NCBI GenBank assembly: GCA_040954595.2
Contig: CM082593.2
Span: 10,863,477 to 10,927,476, forward strand
Origin: Balanoglossus misakiensis
Lineage: Eukaryota; Animalia; Hemichordata
Length of the DNA stretch: 64,000 bases
Direction: 5' to 3'
The notes under the pieces were generated by a model. It had not been told where the DNA came from. It saw nothing but the letters and a program-made list of their open reading frames with translations, and ran no database searches. Each line of letters begins with the position of its first letter. Within the stretch, counting starts at the first letter, position 1. Below are positions 63,916 to 64,000 of this stretch, one piece after another. The position numbers were made by a program, and so were the translations under genes.

Positions 63916-64000
63916 CTCAGCGTAATTCAATAAAACGCCCTAACACAGCCTGAACTCCGATAATGTGTTGTCCCAAAATTCATTCCGTGGAAAATAATCA

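Overview
AT-rich, intron-containing animal DNA. It looks like a marine invertebrate, possibly a deuterostome such as a hemichordate (inference). From left to right: (1) 782-7918 (+): ten exons of an uninflatable-like CUB x3 / sushi x4 / cbEGF x2 extracellular protein gene. It carries a nonsense codon, a missing half-CUB exon, and a frameshifted, TE-truncated sushi exon, and I found no further exons. (2) ~8750-23650: a ~15 kb satellite of interspersed 90-bp and 74/75-bp monomers with higher-order duplications. It explains all the long repetitive ORFs. (3) 23.8-26.4 kb: a composite block with a 56-nt tRNA-like structure of mascRNA topology directly preceded by AAAAAGCAAAA (minus strand), a 94-bp CpG-rich repeat and a 50-bp minisatellite. 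(4) 26.4-43.9 kb: dense non-autonomous elements and a ~4 kb local duplication carrying a family of minus-strand micro-exons with hairpins and an inverted 21-nt cassette. (5) 46-50 kb: a 4-kb foldback element. (6) 53.1-53.6 kb: an orphan minus-strand exon. (7) 55.9-64 kb: a decayed intron-containing hAT/ZNF862-like transposase and LINE remnants with nested insertions. I found no rRNA, canonical tRNA or CRISPR array. All coordinates were read by eye.
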